Assembly: GCA_053919585.1 (NCBI GenBank)
Contig: JBSSHM010000269.1
Reading direction: 5' to 3' (one strand)
DNA from: Euprymna scolopes
Taxonomy: Eukaryota
DNA: 64,000 bases
Below, in pieces: positions 45,294 through 55,382 of the stretch (position 1 is its first letter; every line of letters begins with the position of its first letter). Under the pieces are notes generated by a model that searched no databases, was not told where the DNA came from, and saw only the letters and a program-made list of their open reading frames with translations. The position numbers were made by a program, and so were the translations under genes.

Positions 45294-47006
45294 ATGATGG
45301 AACAACAAATAAAATGGTTATGGCTCGGACTACTCATCTCCTCTGCAGGATGGCTTGGATATAACTGGGTTGAGTTTATTGATCAAGTTAATACTGGAAA
45401 AATTACGGTAGAAAGCATACGAGAAAATGCTCAAAAACAAACCTCTACTAACGAGCAAAACTCCCTGCCCCCTGAAAATCCTGCAACCCCTACAAATGAT
45501 AACTCACAAAATCATTCAACCACTGCATCAAAAAATGACTTACCCAATCTAGCTAGCCATAATGGCTCCATTAAAAATATTCAAAAAGCCAACCCTAAAC
45601 AATTTATTCATGTTGAAACAAGTAACTTCAGTATTCTCATTAACCGTAAAGGTGGAACAATTTCACAACTAAAATTGAAAAAATATCCCGTTAGTATCCA
45701 ACAACCAAACAATCCAACGATACTCCTTCATACTGATAACCAATCTTATACTTTACAGGATGGCTTATTATCCAAACAAGTTGCAGCTAATCACCATAGC
45801 CTGTATAAAAGTGCGAAAAATAACTACACACTAGAACCTGGTGAAACTACATTGCGTGTACCACTTACATGGAGTAAAAATGGGATTAACATTATCAAAA
45901 CCTATATTTTTAAAGACAACTCTCATGAAATTTTATTAGAGCAAAAAATTGATAACCAAAGCAATCAAGCTTGGCAAGGAGCAAGCTATGTCCAACTAAG
46001 TCGAGCATTACCAAACAAAGAAGGAAACAGCTTTATTTATACCTACACTGGATCAGCTTGGTGGAGTGAAGAAACTGGATTTAAAAAAATAGACTTTGAT
46101 GAAATGGCAGAAGATTCCCCTACCCTTAATGCAGAGGACGGATGGGTTGCAATGATACAACATTATTTTCTATCGGTAATTATTCCTCCAAAAAATCAAA
46201 AAAATCATTTTTATACAAAGAAATCAAATACTCAATACATTATTGGTACAGTTTCCCCACAAAAAATTATTGCTCCTAAGCAAACTCATCAGTTTGAAGA
46301 TCGGCTATTTCTTGGTCCAAAAAACCAAAAAGAACTCACCGCTGCTCATGCAAACTTAGACTACGCCGTGGACTATGGAATCTTTCACATCATTGCTGCA
46401 CCAATTTTTTGGGTGTTAAAGAAAATACATGATTTTGTAGGAAACTGGGGGGTTGCCATCATCTTAGTTACCCTGCTCATTAAACTCATTTTCTTCAAAC
46501 TTTCTGAAAAAAGTTATCGCTCCATGGCAAGAATGAAACTCCTTGCACCTCGTATTCAACAATTACGTGAACGCTATGGTGATGATAAACAAGGCATGAA
46601 CCAAAAAATGATGAAATTGTACAAAGAAGAAAAAGTCAATCCATTAGGAGGTTGCTTACCTGTTGTCATACAAATTCCTGTTTTTATTTCCTTGTACTGG
46701 GTACTCATTGAAAGCGTTGAGTTACGACAAGCACCTTTTATGCTTTGGATTAAAGATCTTGCCATTGCTGATCCTTACTTCGTGATGCCAATACTCATGG
46801 GAGTAACCATGTTTATCCAACAAAAACTTAACCCACCACCAACTGATCCCATGCAGCAAAAAATCATGCAATTCTTACCGGTGATATTTACTGTATTTTT
46901 CTTATTCTTCCCTGCTGGGTTGGTGTTATACTGGATTGTTAATAATATTTTATCTATTACTCAGCAATGGTACATCACAAAAAAAATTGCTGAGGAAAAA
47001 AAATAA
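45294..47006 (+). CDS. yidC: membrane protein insertase
   Basis: VDYG, GNWGVAII, KVNPLGGCLP..IQIPVF, FPAGLVLYW. Confidence 0.97.
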   Translation: MMEQQIKWLWLGLLISSAGWLGYNWVEFIDQVNTGKITVESIRENAQKQTSTNEQNSLPPENPATPTNDNSQNHSTTASKNDLPNLASHNGSIKNIQKANPKQFIHVETSNFSILINRKGGTISQLKLKKYPVSIQQPNNPTILLHTDNQSYTLQDGLLSKQVAANHHSLYKSAKNNYTLEPGETTLRVPLTWSKNGINIIKTYIFKDNSHEILLEQKIDNQSNQAWQGASYVQLSRALPNKEGNSFIYTYTGSAWWSEETGFKKIDFDEMAEDSPTLNAEDGWVAMIQHYFLSVIIPPKNQKNHFYTKKSNTQYIIGTVSPQKIIAPKQTHQFEDRLFLGPKNQKELTAAHANLDYAVDYGIFHIIAAPIFWVLKKIHDFVGNWGVAIILVTLLIKLIFFKLSEKSYRSMARMKLLAPRIQQLRERYGDDKQGMNQKMMKLYKEEKVNPLGGCLPVVIQIPVFISLYWVLIESVELRQAPFMLWIKDLAIADPYFVMPILMGVTMFIQQKLNPPPTDPMQQKIMQFLPVIFTVFFLFFPAGLVLYWIVNNILSITQQWYITKKIAEEKK

Positions 47007-47045
47007 TTTACCCACTCAAATCCACATCACTAGACAAATATAGAT

Positions 47046-48380
47046 TTGGATGCTCAAAAAAATACTACAATTGCTGCTTTAGGCACACCACCGGGAAATG
47101 CTGGAATTGCCGTCATTAGACTAAGTGGCAAACAAGCACGGTATATCGCTGAGAAGATAACAGGAAAATCACTTTCTCCTCGAGTTGCACAATTCTCTCA
47201 TTTATATGAAGATGATCAATGTCATTTGATTATTGATCAAGCAATTATCATTTTTTTTCCTGCACCAAACTCCTTCACTGGTGAAGATACCGTGGAATTA
47301 CAAATTCATGGTAATCCATTAATTGTTGAAAAATGTCTACAAAGACTTTATCAACTCGGAGCTGAAATTCCTCAAGCTGGAGAATTTTCAGAACGAGCCT
47401 TTCTCAATAATAAAATTGATCTTACCCAAGCTGAGGCAATTATGGATCTCATTCATGCCTCCTCAGAAGAATCCTTAAAAATTTCCCAACAAACCTTACA
47501 AGGAAAATTCTCATCACACATTAATCACCTTGCCGACACCATGCTCAAACTTAGAGCAAATATTGAATTATCCCTAGATTTCCCAGATGAAGAAATTGAT
47601 TTTATTGATAAAGATGCCGTGTCAACATCAATCTACTCACTAATGAATCTACTTGAGTCCACTATTGATGAAGCCACACAAGGAAAAACCATTTCTGAAG
47701 GTATTCATATCGTTATTGCAGGTGAACCTAATGTCGGAAAATCCACGCTACTCAACTGCTTACTTGGAGAAAAACGAGCCATTGTCAGCAATGTAGCTGG
47801 AACAACTCGTGATACCATAAATGAAAAAATGCTTCTAGAGGGCATCCCCGTCTATCTCACCGATACAGCAGGCATCCGAGAAAGTCGTGATGAAATTGAA
47901 CAAGAAGGCATTCATCGTGCAAAAAATGCCATCAAAAAAGCGGATATTATTCTCTATATTACAACCAAAGAAGAACAAAATGAAGTGTTTCTGCCACCAA
48001 AAGATACCCCTCTCATTACCTTGCTCAACAAATGTGATTTACACAATCTTCCAGCAGAAGACATTTCCAATAATACCCAACATTGCTTGCGTATTTCCGC
48101 ACAACAAAACTTAGGCATTGACTTACTAAAAGAAAAAATTAAAATAATCATTCACTATCGCCCACATCAGGCAAAATTTTCTGCTCGTACACGTAGCATT
48201 AAATTTCTTAAACAAAGCAAACGATATTTAAACGAAGCTCTAATCAATTTAACGCAACAACCTGAGCTGAGTGCTGAGTCACTTAAACTTGCCCATCAAT
48301 CACTCCAACACATCACCGGAAAGATTATTACTGATGATATACTAGAAGTAATTTTTAGAGAGTTTTGTATTGGTAAATAA
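47046..48380 (+). CDS. mnmE: tRNA modification GTPase
   Basis: SFTGED, GEPNVGKS, GTTRD, DTAGIR, C-terminal FCIGK. Confidence 0.97.
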   Translation: MDAQKNTTIAALGTPPGNAGIAVIRLSGKQARYIAEKITGKSLSPRVAQFSHLYEDDQCHLIIDQAIIIFFPAPNSFTGEDTVELQIHGNPLIVEKCLQRLYQLGAEIPQAGEFSERAFLNNKIDLTQAEAIMDLIHASSEESLKISQQTLQGKFSSHINHLADTMLKLRANIELSLDFPDEEIDFIDKDAVSTSIYSLMNLLESTIDEATQGKTISEGIHIVIAGEPNVGKSTLLNCLLGEKRAIVSNVAGTTRDTINEKMLLEGIPVYLTDTAGIRESRDEIEQEGIHRAKNAIKKADIILYITTKEEQNEVFLPPKDTPLITLLNKCDLHNLPAEDISNNTQHCLRISAQQNLGIDLLKEKIKIIIHYRPHQAKFSARTRSIKFLKQSKRYLNEALINLTQQPELSAESLKLAHQSLQHITGKIITDDILEVIFREFCIGK

Positions 48381-48384
48381 AACA

Positions 48385-48625
48385 ATGATTTACCTTGCAA
48401 GCATCATAGAAATTATTCAAAATACAAAATACCCAAAATCAGCTTCTCCTTCCTTTTATGATGCAGTTACCACACTTTAGCAATGCTAACTGTAACTTTA
48501 TCACAGCAGACAAAAAATATTATGCGAAGACTAAACAGTTAGGGAATATCAAACTCTTAGTAGAGATACCTGAGAGACCTGATAAAATAATCCCTATCCC
48601 ATTTATATCCTATCCTAAAAGATAG
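48385..48625 (+). pseudogene. C-terminal fragment of a VapC/PIN toxin
   Basis: Across two frameshifts: PSFYDA-SYHTLAM-NCNFITADKKYYAKTKQLGNIKLL. Confidence 0.65.
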
Positions 48626-49498
48626 CTATTTTGCCACGATGGGCAGTAATTTATTGTAGGTATCTTTACTAATTCCATAAACCAAAGATTCCCCCTCTTT
48701 TTGGATATATTTTAGGTCATCTTTAGCCAATAACATGTAGCTTAGATTTTGCTGTGCTTCAGTAGTAACAGTGAGTTTTTCTGTCGGCACATCAATATTT
48801 TTCATGTCGCTAATACTAATCAGTCTGAGAGAATTTAAGGTGCTGGCAATCTCTGCTCCTTTATTAGTGGTCACAGCATCCGTGGATGGATTGACCTGCC
48901 AATTTTCTCCATCTAGGCTAAAGGTATAGCCATTAGTTTGAATGGCAGTGATTTTTCCTTTAACTTGTAATTGATTTGAGTCAAGCCAATCATCTTTATC
49001 GGGTGCAAAATCAAAGGTATTCAGCTTAATTGTATAAATATCTTGAGAACCTTCTGCACGCACATGAACCTGTCGATAGCCCGGTGAAGTCCCCATAAAA
49101 AAGGTGTATGTTTTTCCAGCAATCTCCAATGTTACTTTGCGTTGAAATACTTTATCAGAGACTTCAAACCTCTTTTGACTTTCCTCCGTTGTCGCAACAG
49201 GCCATGAACGCTGAATATTCACTAGTTTATTGAGCACTTTATTTATTCTTTCACCATCAGCTTTAACAGATTGAGGCAAGAGCCATTGAGAGCCACTTTT
49301 TTGTAAAACCAATGCAGAATCCTTTCCACTATTGGCAACAATATTAATTTTTGATGTTAACAATACATCAACACCATCAAATAATGAAAAACCCTTATTT
49401 TGCTGGTTAACCGATGCACTATTTTGCCATACAATCCATACACCCAATACAAGTTGTAGGATTAAAGCTACTAATAAAATACTATTCTTTCTAGTCAT
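48626..49498 (-). CDS. DUF4340-like membrane-anchored protein
   Basis: Single N-terminal TM, GTSPGYRQVHVR, DWLD; last gene of the Gld-like ABC unit. Confidence 0.75.
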   Translation of the reverse strand: MTRKNSILLVALILQLVLGVWIVWQNSASVNQQNKGFSLFDGVDVLLTSKINIVANSGKDSALVLQKSGSQWLLPQSVKADGERINKVLNKLVNIQRSWPVATTEESQKRFEVSDKVFQRKVTLEIAGKTYTFFMGTSPGYRQVHVRAEGSQDIYTIKLNTFDFAPDKDDWLDSNQLQVKGKITAIQTNGYTFSLDGENWQVNPSTDAVTTNKGAEIASTLNSLRLISISDMKNIDVPTEKLTVTTEAQQNLSYMLLAKDDLKYIQKEGESLVYGISKDTYNKLLPIVAK

Positions 49499-49510
49499 GA
49501 TTTCTCCTAA

Positions 49511-52357
49511 TTAAGCTTTAATTGATGTGACATAGGATTTTATACGACGCCTGTAGATAACTTTACGTCCTAATGAAATAATTACCAAAAGGATTAACGC
49601 CAATGCGTAATTGCCATATTCTATCAACTGTTGCTTAGCAACATCTGTTTTAGGTAATGTACGGTTAAAGTTACTACGCGAGCGAATATCTTGTAAACCA
49701 CCACCTTCTAGTGAAACATCCACTACATTTTTTATAAGTGTGATGTTATCACGAAAGTCAGTGCGATTAGCTGAACCAATTAATTTCATAATACGATCTT
49801 TCACAAACTCTGCAGATGAAAATAATATAATTTTTGATGATTCAGGCGAACGACCCACTACACTAACAAAAGATTCTGATGCCGTTGAATCTGAAAGTGA
49901 AGGGGTAGGCTTATCAGCAAACCATGAATTAAAACGTCCCTGAATACTCATACCCATATCGTATTGTTGTTTAGTACTGGGTTGTTCAAAATGCGTTTTG
50001 CCATCTGGCGTAAGTCGTGGAACAACATTGGTATTTTCTGATTCCCACGCTTGCTGCGAAGTTTTCAATAATGATACAACCTTATTTGATGAAGAAAAAT
50101 TCGCATTAACAACAATAGGCGATGCCCAAGCCATTACGACTCTTTGCAAAGAGTTTGTAATATTGCTCTTCTGATTAAAACCATCACCACGAACTTCACT
50201 AAAATAAGGATATTGCAAGAGCTTTATTTGTTGAAACTCAAATCCCCCAACATTCCTTTTCACTGGAACAGGAAATGGGGCACTTTGTTCATCCATGATA
50301 ATTCCTTTGCCAAAATCTAAACCCGCATGAGAAAGCCATTGAATAAAATTTCCATCTCCTCTAGTCATGTCAATGGACTGACTGCTCAGCGTTGCATTAT
50401 ACGGAGAAGTTGCCACCACAATTGTGCCTCCACGCATTAGATATTGGTCAATGGCAAAAAGTTGTTTTTCATCTAATTGATTCACGCCAAATAAAACAAG
50501 CAAATCAATTTCGCCACCAATAATACCACTGTTTAAATCTAATTCTTCTATATTTAACTCCTGTCTCAATGATTCCGTCACAAAACCATACTCATTTTGT
50601 GGGGCATTATATGGCGGTTGACCGGGTTGTAATGGTGGTTTTTGTGCATAAACTCCAACGGTTTTTGTATAACCCGATGAAAGTCTCTTTATTGCTGATT
50701 TTACCGATTGCTCAAAACTTCCAGCTTGGAAATTGCCAATAGGAATCACTACACCTTTCTCTCCCTCTGCTAATAACATATAAAAGAAAAATTTACGTGT
50801 ATCTGCTAAGCTTCTAACCATTGGTTTAAAACCAAAATCTTTAGCAATCTGCTGAGCAACAGCTCCACCATTTGCTTCAGGATCAATTACCTGAACCATA
50901 AACTTACCAGCAGATTCTGACTTAAGTTCCTCTGTCTTAGCTAATACTTCTTTTTTAAATTTTTTCAACTCATCAGGCAACTTATCATCTGCTGAAACAT
51001 ATAGGTTAAATTGAATGTTTTTAGCGCGACTAAATAAATCACCAGCAGATTGATAGGACTGCACTATTTTATTAATAGCATTGGTCATATCGTATTCAGG
51101 ATTACGCAATAATACATCAATCTCAGTTTCTTTTTTTTGCTTAATTTCAATTAAATCTCTAAAACTTAAGTTTTTAAATTCATTACCATATTGCAATAAA
51201 ATATCAAAATATGAGTTTACTACCGACGTTTGGTAACGATCTGAAATCTGAAAAGGTGTCGGGCGAATGCTATATTTATTATTTGCTTCATCCTCCAATT
51301 CTGGATTCTCAGATGGATCAACAATCTCAACCTTAACTAACCCCTTTCCAGCTACTTTATATTCTTGAATAAGATCCAACATTTGTGGCACAAGTGGGGC
51401 AAGTAATGGATGAGTTTGTGAACTAAAATATCCTCGAATAAGCAAAGGTTCCTGCAATTGTCCTAATAAATTTTTAGTAGACTGAGAAATCGAATAAATT
51501 TTTCCTTCGGTGGTATCATAACGAAGTTGATTAACCTGTGTTAACCATACATTAGCAAACAATAGATTGACCACAACTAATAATGTTGTTACATGACAAG
51601 AAAAATGTCTTTTTGTATTCGCATTCTTTGCCCAGCGAGATTTCTCCAATACATAAACATTAAGCATTAACCCAACACCAATCAAGCTAATATAATAATA
51701 AAAATCACGCACATCAATAATCCCTCTGGTAATGGATTCAAATCGTGAACCCGTACCAATTGCTCTTAAGAATCCGCCAATTATGTTATCAAATAGTCCA
51801 GTAATTAATGATGAACCAAGCAAGTACAACAAACCACAAACTAAAACACTTGAGATAAGACTAACAATCTGATTATCACTACGTGCTGAAATAAATAAAC
51901 CAATACTAATGTAGGCAGCACCAAGAAGGAAAGTAGCCAAATAGCCACTCCATACAGGACCCCAATCAATATCGCCAATAAACGAAACTGAGATAGGAAT
52001 GGGTAGAGAAAGTAATAAGGCTAGTAATAACAACACAATACAAGCTAAAAACTTTCCTAAAACAAAACTCCAAATACCCGCTGGTTGAGTTAACACATGC
52101 TCCACCGTGCCAATACGTTTTTCTTCACTCCATAAGCGCATGGTTAATGTGCTACTTAAAAAGATTAATAAAATAGGCATCCACTCAAATAATGGACGCA
52201 CATCAGCGATGTTACGTGTAAAAAATCCTTCTATCCAAAAAAATACAAATAACGTTACTGTGATAAAGGCCGCTAAGAAAATATACGCCATTGGCGAAGA
52301 GAAGAATATTGTTAGCTCCTTACCGATAATACGTTTTGTGTTTAAATTAAGCAACAT
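49511..52357 (-). CDS. GldF-GldG-like fusion (ABC-2 permease + auxiliary periplasmic domain)
   Basis: FFSSPMAY, TMRLWSEEKRIGT.E, RYDTTEGKIYSIS, IDQYLMRGG. Confidence 0.85.
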   Translation of the reverse strand: MLLNLNTKRIIGKELTIFFSSPMAYIFLAAFITVTLFVFFWIEGFFTRNIADVRPLFEWMPILLIFLSSTLTMRLWSEEKRIGTVEHVLTQPAGIWSFVLGKFLACIVLLLLALLLSLPIPISVSFIGDIDWGPVWSGYLATFLLGAAYISIGLFISARSDNQIVSLISSVLVCGLLYLLGSSLITGLFDNIIGGFLRAIGTGSRFESITRGIIDVRDFYYYISLIGVGLMLNVYVLEKSRWAKNANTKRHFSCHVTTLLVVVNLLFANVWLTQVNQLRYDTTEGKIYSISQSTKNLLGQLQEPLLIRGYFSSQTHPLLAPLVPQMLDLIQEYKVAGKGLVKVEIVDPSENPELEDEANNKYSIRPTPFQISDRYQTSVVNSYFDILLQYGNEFKNLSFRDLIEIKQKKETEIDVLLRNPEYDMTNAINKIVQSYQSAGDLFSRAKNIQFNLYVSADDKLPDELKKFKKEVLAKTEELKSESAGKFMVQVIDPEANGGAVAQQIAKDFGFKPMVRSLADTRKFFFYMLLAEGEKGVVIPIGNFQAGSFEQSVKSAIKRLSSGYTKTVGVYAQKPPLQPGQPPYNAPQNEYGFVTESLRQELNIEELDLNSGIIGGEIDLLVLFGVNQLDEKQLFAIDQYLMRGGTIVVATSPYNATLSSQSIDMTRGDGNFIQWLSHAGLDFGKGIIMDEQSAPFPVPVKRNVGGFEFQQIKLLQYPYFSEVRGDGFNQKSNITNSLQRVVMAWASPIVVNANFSSSNKVVSLLKTSQQAWESENTNVVPRLTPDGKTHFEQPSTKQQYDMGMSIQGRFNSWFADKPTPSLSDSTASESFVSVVGRSPESSKIILFSSAEFVKDRIMKLIGSANRTDFRDNITLIKNVVDVSLEGGGLQDIRSRSNFNRTLPKTDVAKQQLIEYGNYALALILLVIISLGRKVIYRRRIKSYVTSIKA

Positions 52358-53312
52358 TTTTCACCTCCTTATTGACTGCTGTTTGCGAATTAACCTGTCT
52401 GAATATCGTCTCTAAATCTTGTTTCTCATTGCTCAATTGATAGAGGGTATAGCCTCCATCAATCACTGCTTTAGCTAATTTTGCACACGCCTCTTGAGAT
52501 TGACCTTTATCTTTTAGGGTGATGCTGTACTGAAAACTACCCGTTTTTTTCTCCTGAGAAAGTAACTCTATACTCGTCAGTTCAGCAATGGTTCTAATCA
52601 CAGCTTTTGCCTGACTTTCAGACATCGTTGTATGCAAAATAAGTTGATTACCTTGTTGTAACTCTTGCAAATTTGAATCAATCGCAACTTTTCCTTGCGT
52701 CATAATTAATGCTCGATCACACACCGCATCAACCTCCTGCATGATGTGTGTAGAAAGAATAACGGTGGTATCCTGAGAAAGCTTCCTAATCAGATTACGC
52801 ATATGCTGTGTTTGCGTGGGATCCAAACCATTTGTTGGTTCATCTAAAATCAACACCTTTGGATTGCCTAAAATAGCTTGAGCAACTGCAACACGTTGTT
52901 TAAAACCACGTGATAAAGTATGAATATCCTCTTCTAATTTTTCAAAAAGATCCGTCGCTTCAATCACATAACTCATGCTTTCATATAATTCATTACCATT
53001 CAGAAAACGTAATTTCCCCACATAATGTAAATAATCAATGACAGACATTTCTGAATAAAGTGGCAAATTTTCTGGTAAATAACCAATTTTCTGCTGTACG
53101 GAACTACGATGCGTAGAAATATCCTCATTATCAATAAAAATATCTCCCTCTGTTGCCTCTAAATTTCCACTTAACATTTTCATCACCGTACTTTTTCCAG
53201 CGCCATTATGTCCCAAAAGCCCGACTACCTCACCTGCTTTGATTGAGAAATCTACGCAGTTTACAGCGGCAAAATCTCCATATTTACGCACCAATCCATT
53301 TACTTCAATCAT
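52347..53312 (-). CDS. GldA-like ABC ATPase
   Basis: GHNGAGKST, IGYLPE, LSRGFKQRV, LDEPTNGLDP. Confidence 0.9.
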   Translation of the reverse strand: MIEVNGLVRKYGDFAAVNCVDFSIKAGEVVGLLGHNGAGKSTVMKMLSGNLEATEGDIFIDNEDISTHRSSVQQKIGYLPENLPLYSEMSVIDYLHYVGKLRFLNGNELYESMSYVIEATDLFEKLEEDIHTLSRGFKQRVAVAQAILGNPKVLILDEPTNGLDPTQTQHMRNLIRKLSQDTTVILSTHIMQEVDAVCDRALIMTQGKVAIDSNLQELQQGNQLILHTTMSESQAKAVIRTIAELTSIELLSQEKKTGSFQYSITLKDKGQSQEACAKLAKAVIDGGYTLYQLSNEKQDLETIFRQVNSQTAVNKEVKNVA

Positions 53313-53353
53313 AATCTATAATCTCCAGTATTTACTCTCTATTTCTATATTGT

Positions 53354-54333
53354 TTAATCACCTTGATTTGTTAATGATACCAATCCACAAACTAATTGTG
53401 GAAAGCTAATACCCTTTTCTTTAGCTGCCTGAGGAACTAAGCTGTGTGAAGTCATCCCAGGAATAAGATTAATCTCTAAAATCCAAGCTCGATTATCTTT
53501 ATCAACAATAAAATCCACTCGTCCCCAATGCTTGACACCAATCATTTGATAGGCCAATAATGCTTGCTCACAAATGACATCAAATTGACTGCTATCAATA
53601 CTTTTTGGTGGACAAAAAACTGTGTATCCTCTGCAACATATTTAGCGTGATAATCATAAATTTCTGTTGCTGGAAAAATTTCAATTGGTGTCATCGCTTC
53701 ATGATCAATCACCGCTACCGTTAGTTCCGTACCTGCAATAAACTGCTCGATTAACACCTGATGATCATATTCCAACGCCTTTAACACTGCTTCTATAAGT
53801 CCATCTCTATCTACTACCTTAGTAATACCGTTACTTGAACCCTCATTCGCTGGCTTAACGATACAAGGAAAAAATAAAGCATCCAAAGAACTGATTTCTT
53901 TAACACTGGATATTAAATGCGCCTTGGGTACATTTAATATGGAATCCGCCCATATTTTTTTACAAGTTGCTTTATGCATGGCAAGGGATGAGGCAAAATG
54001 ATTGCTCCCTACATAAGGAATAGCGAGCATATCTAAAAATGCATGTACGACTCCATCCTCGCCGAAACCACCATGAATCAAGTTAAAAACAACATCAAAT
54101 TTTTTGTTATCATTTAACTTCATCACTTCATGAACTAATTCTTGCCAAGCACTCACTTCATATTCAACAACCTGAACACCCCCTGCTCGTAACCCCTCTG
54201 CAACGGCTTGCCCACTCTCGATAGAAACTTCTCGCTCATTCGTTTCTCCTCCATATAATACTAAGACTCGAGGGAGGAGCTGTGGTCGTACAGAAAAATA
54301 AGTCGTACGCTCGGAAAATGATGCAAATTCCAC
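53354..54333 (-). CDS. ddl: D-alanine--D-alanine ligase (frameshift near 53615)
   Basis: GGETNEREVS, IHGGFGEDG, KPANEGSS, YDYHAKY, LEINLIPGMTSHSLVP. Confidence 0.94.
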
Positions 54334-54365
54334 TTATTGCTAGTTACTTATGTATGTCAATAATT

Positions 54366-55271
54366 TTATAGCTTTCTTAGTGCTTCAATTCTAGCTTCAA
54401 TAGGAGGGTGAGAACTAAACAAAGCAGACCAAGCATCTTTATCTACAATACCAAAAGCTGCCATTTCATCAGGAAGAGCTTCCACTTGATCCCTAGAAGT
54501 TGCTATTTTCAAACGCTCAAGTGCTGCAATCATTTTCTCCTTACCCACTAAATAAGCTGCTCCAGCATCTGCCTTAAACTCACGCTTACGAGAGAACCAC
54601 ATCACAATCGGTGTAGCCATGATAGTGAGTACAATTGATGCCACAATATAACCAATAAAATATCCCATACCGACACCCTCTTCATTTTTAAAGATGACTC
54701 GGTCAATAAATGTCCCAGCGATACGTGCCAAAATAATTACAAACGTATCAATAATTCCCTGAATCAATGCCATAGTAACCATATCGCCATTTGCCACATG
54801 AGCCACTTCATGTGCTAACACGGCTTCCACTTCATGCTCACTCATTGTGTCTAATAATCCACTACTCACCGCTACCAAAGAGCGGTTTCGAGAGGAGCCG
54901 GTAGCAAAAGCATTGGGTGAATTGCTCGGAAAAATACCAACTTCTGGCATTTTGATACGTGCCTCTTTTGCTTGCGCTTCTACCGTTTTATAAATCCATC
55001 TAGCACGAGAATCATTAGTATTCGCATCAAATACCTGCACACCCATCATACGCTTTGCCATCCATCTGGAAACAAGCAAAGCAATAAAAGATCCGCCCAT
55101 ACCAAATACCGCAGCACTAATTAAACCAATAAGATGATAATTAAAACCACCATTTGCCGCACTACTTAAATCAATAATCCCTGATGCTTGCAATAAGGAC
55201 AGCACAATATTTAGCACAAACAAAACGGCTATATTAATCACAATAAAAAATAATACCCTTTTAAAAAACAT
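54366..55271 (-). CDS. htpX: membrane zinc protease HtpX
   Basis: PNAFATG, AHEVAHVANGD, FSRKREFKAD, SHPPIEARI. Confidence 0.95.
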   Translation of the reverse strand: MFFKRVLFFIVINIAVLFVLNIVLSLLQASGIIDLSSAANGGFNYHLIGLISAAVFGMGGSFIALLVSRWMAKRMMGVQVFDANTNDSRARWIYKTVEAQAKEARIKMPEVGIFPSNSPNAFATGSSRNRSLVAVSSGLLDTMSEHEVEAVLAHEVAHVANGDMVTMALIQGIIDTFVIILARIAGTFIDRVIFKNEEGVGMGYFIGYIVASIVLTIMATPIVMWFSRKREFKADAGAAYLVGKEKMIAALERLKIATSRDQVEALPDEMAAFGIVDKDAWSALFSSHPPIEARIEALRKL

Positions 55272-55358
55272 ACTTTCTTCTCCTCAATATAGTAATTTAC
55301 ATACACATTTAACGTTCTCTACCTACTTCTTTTTTATATCTTATACCAATTTTATACC

Positions 55359-55382
55359 CTATCTCACTATCTCACTATCTCA
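55359..55382. repeat. tandem octamer (ctatctca)x3 overlapping the aspS stop
   Basis: ctatctca ctatctca ctatctca. Confidence 0.8.
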
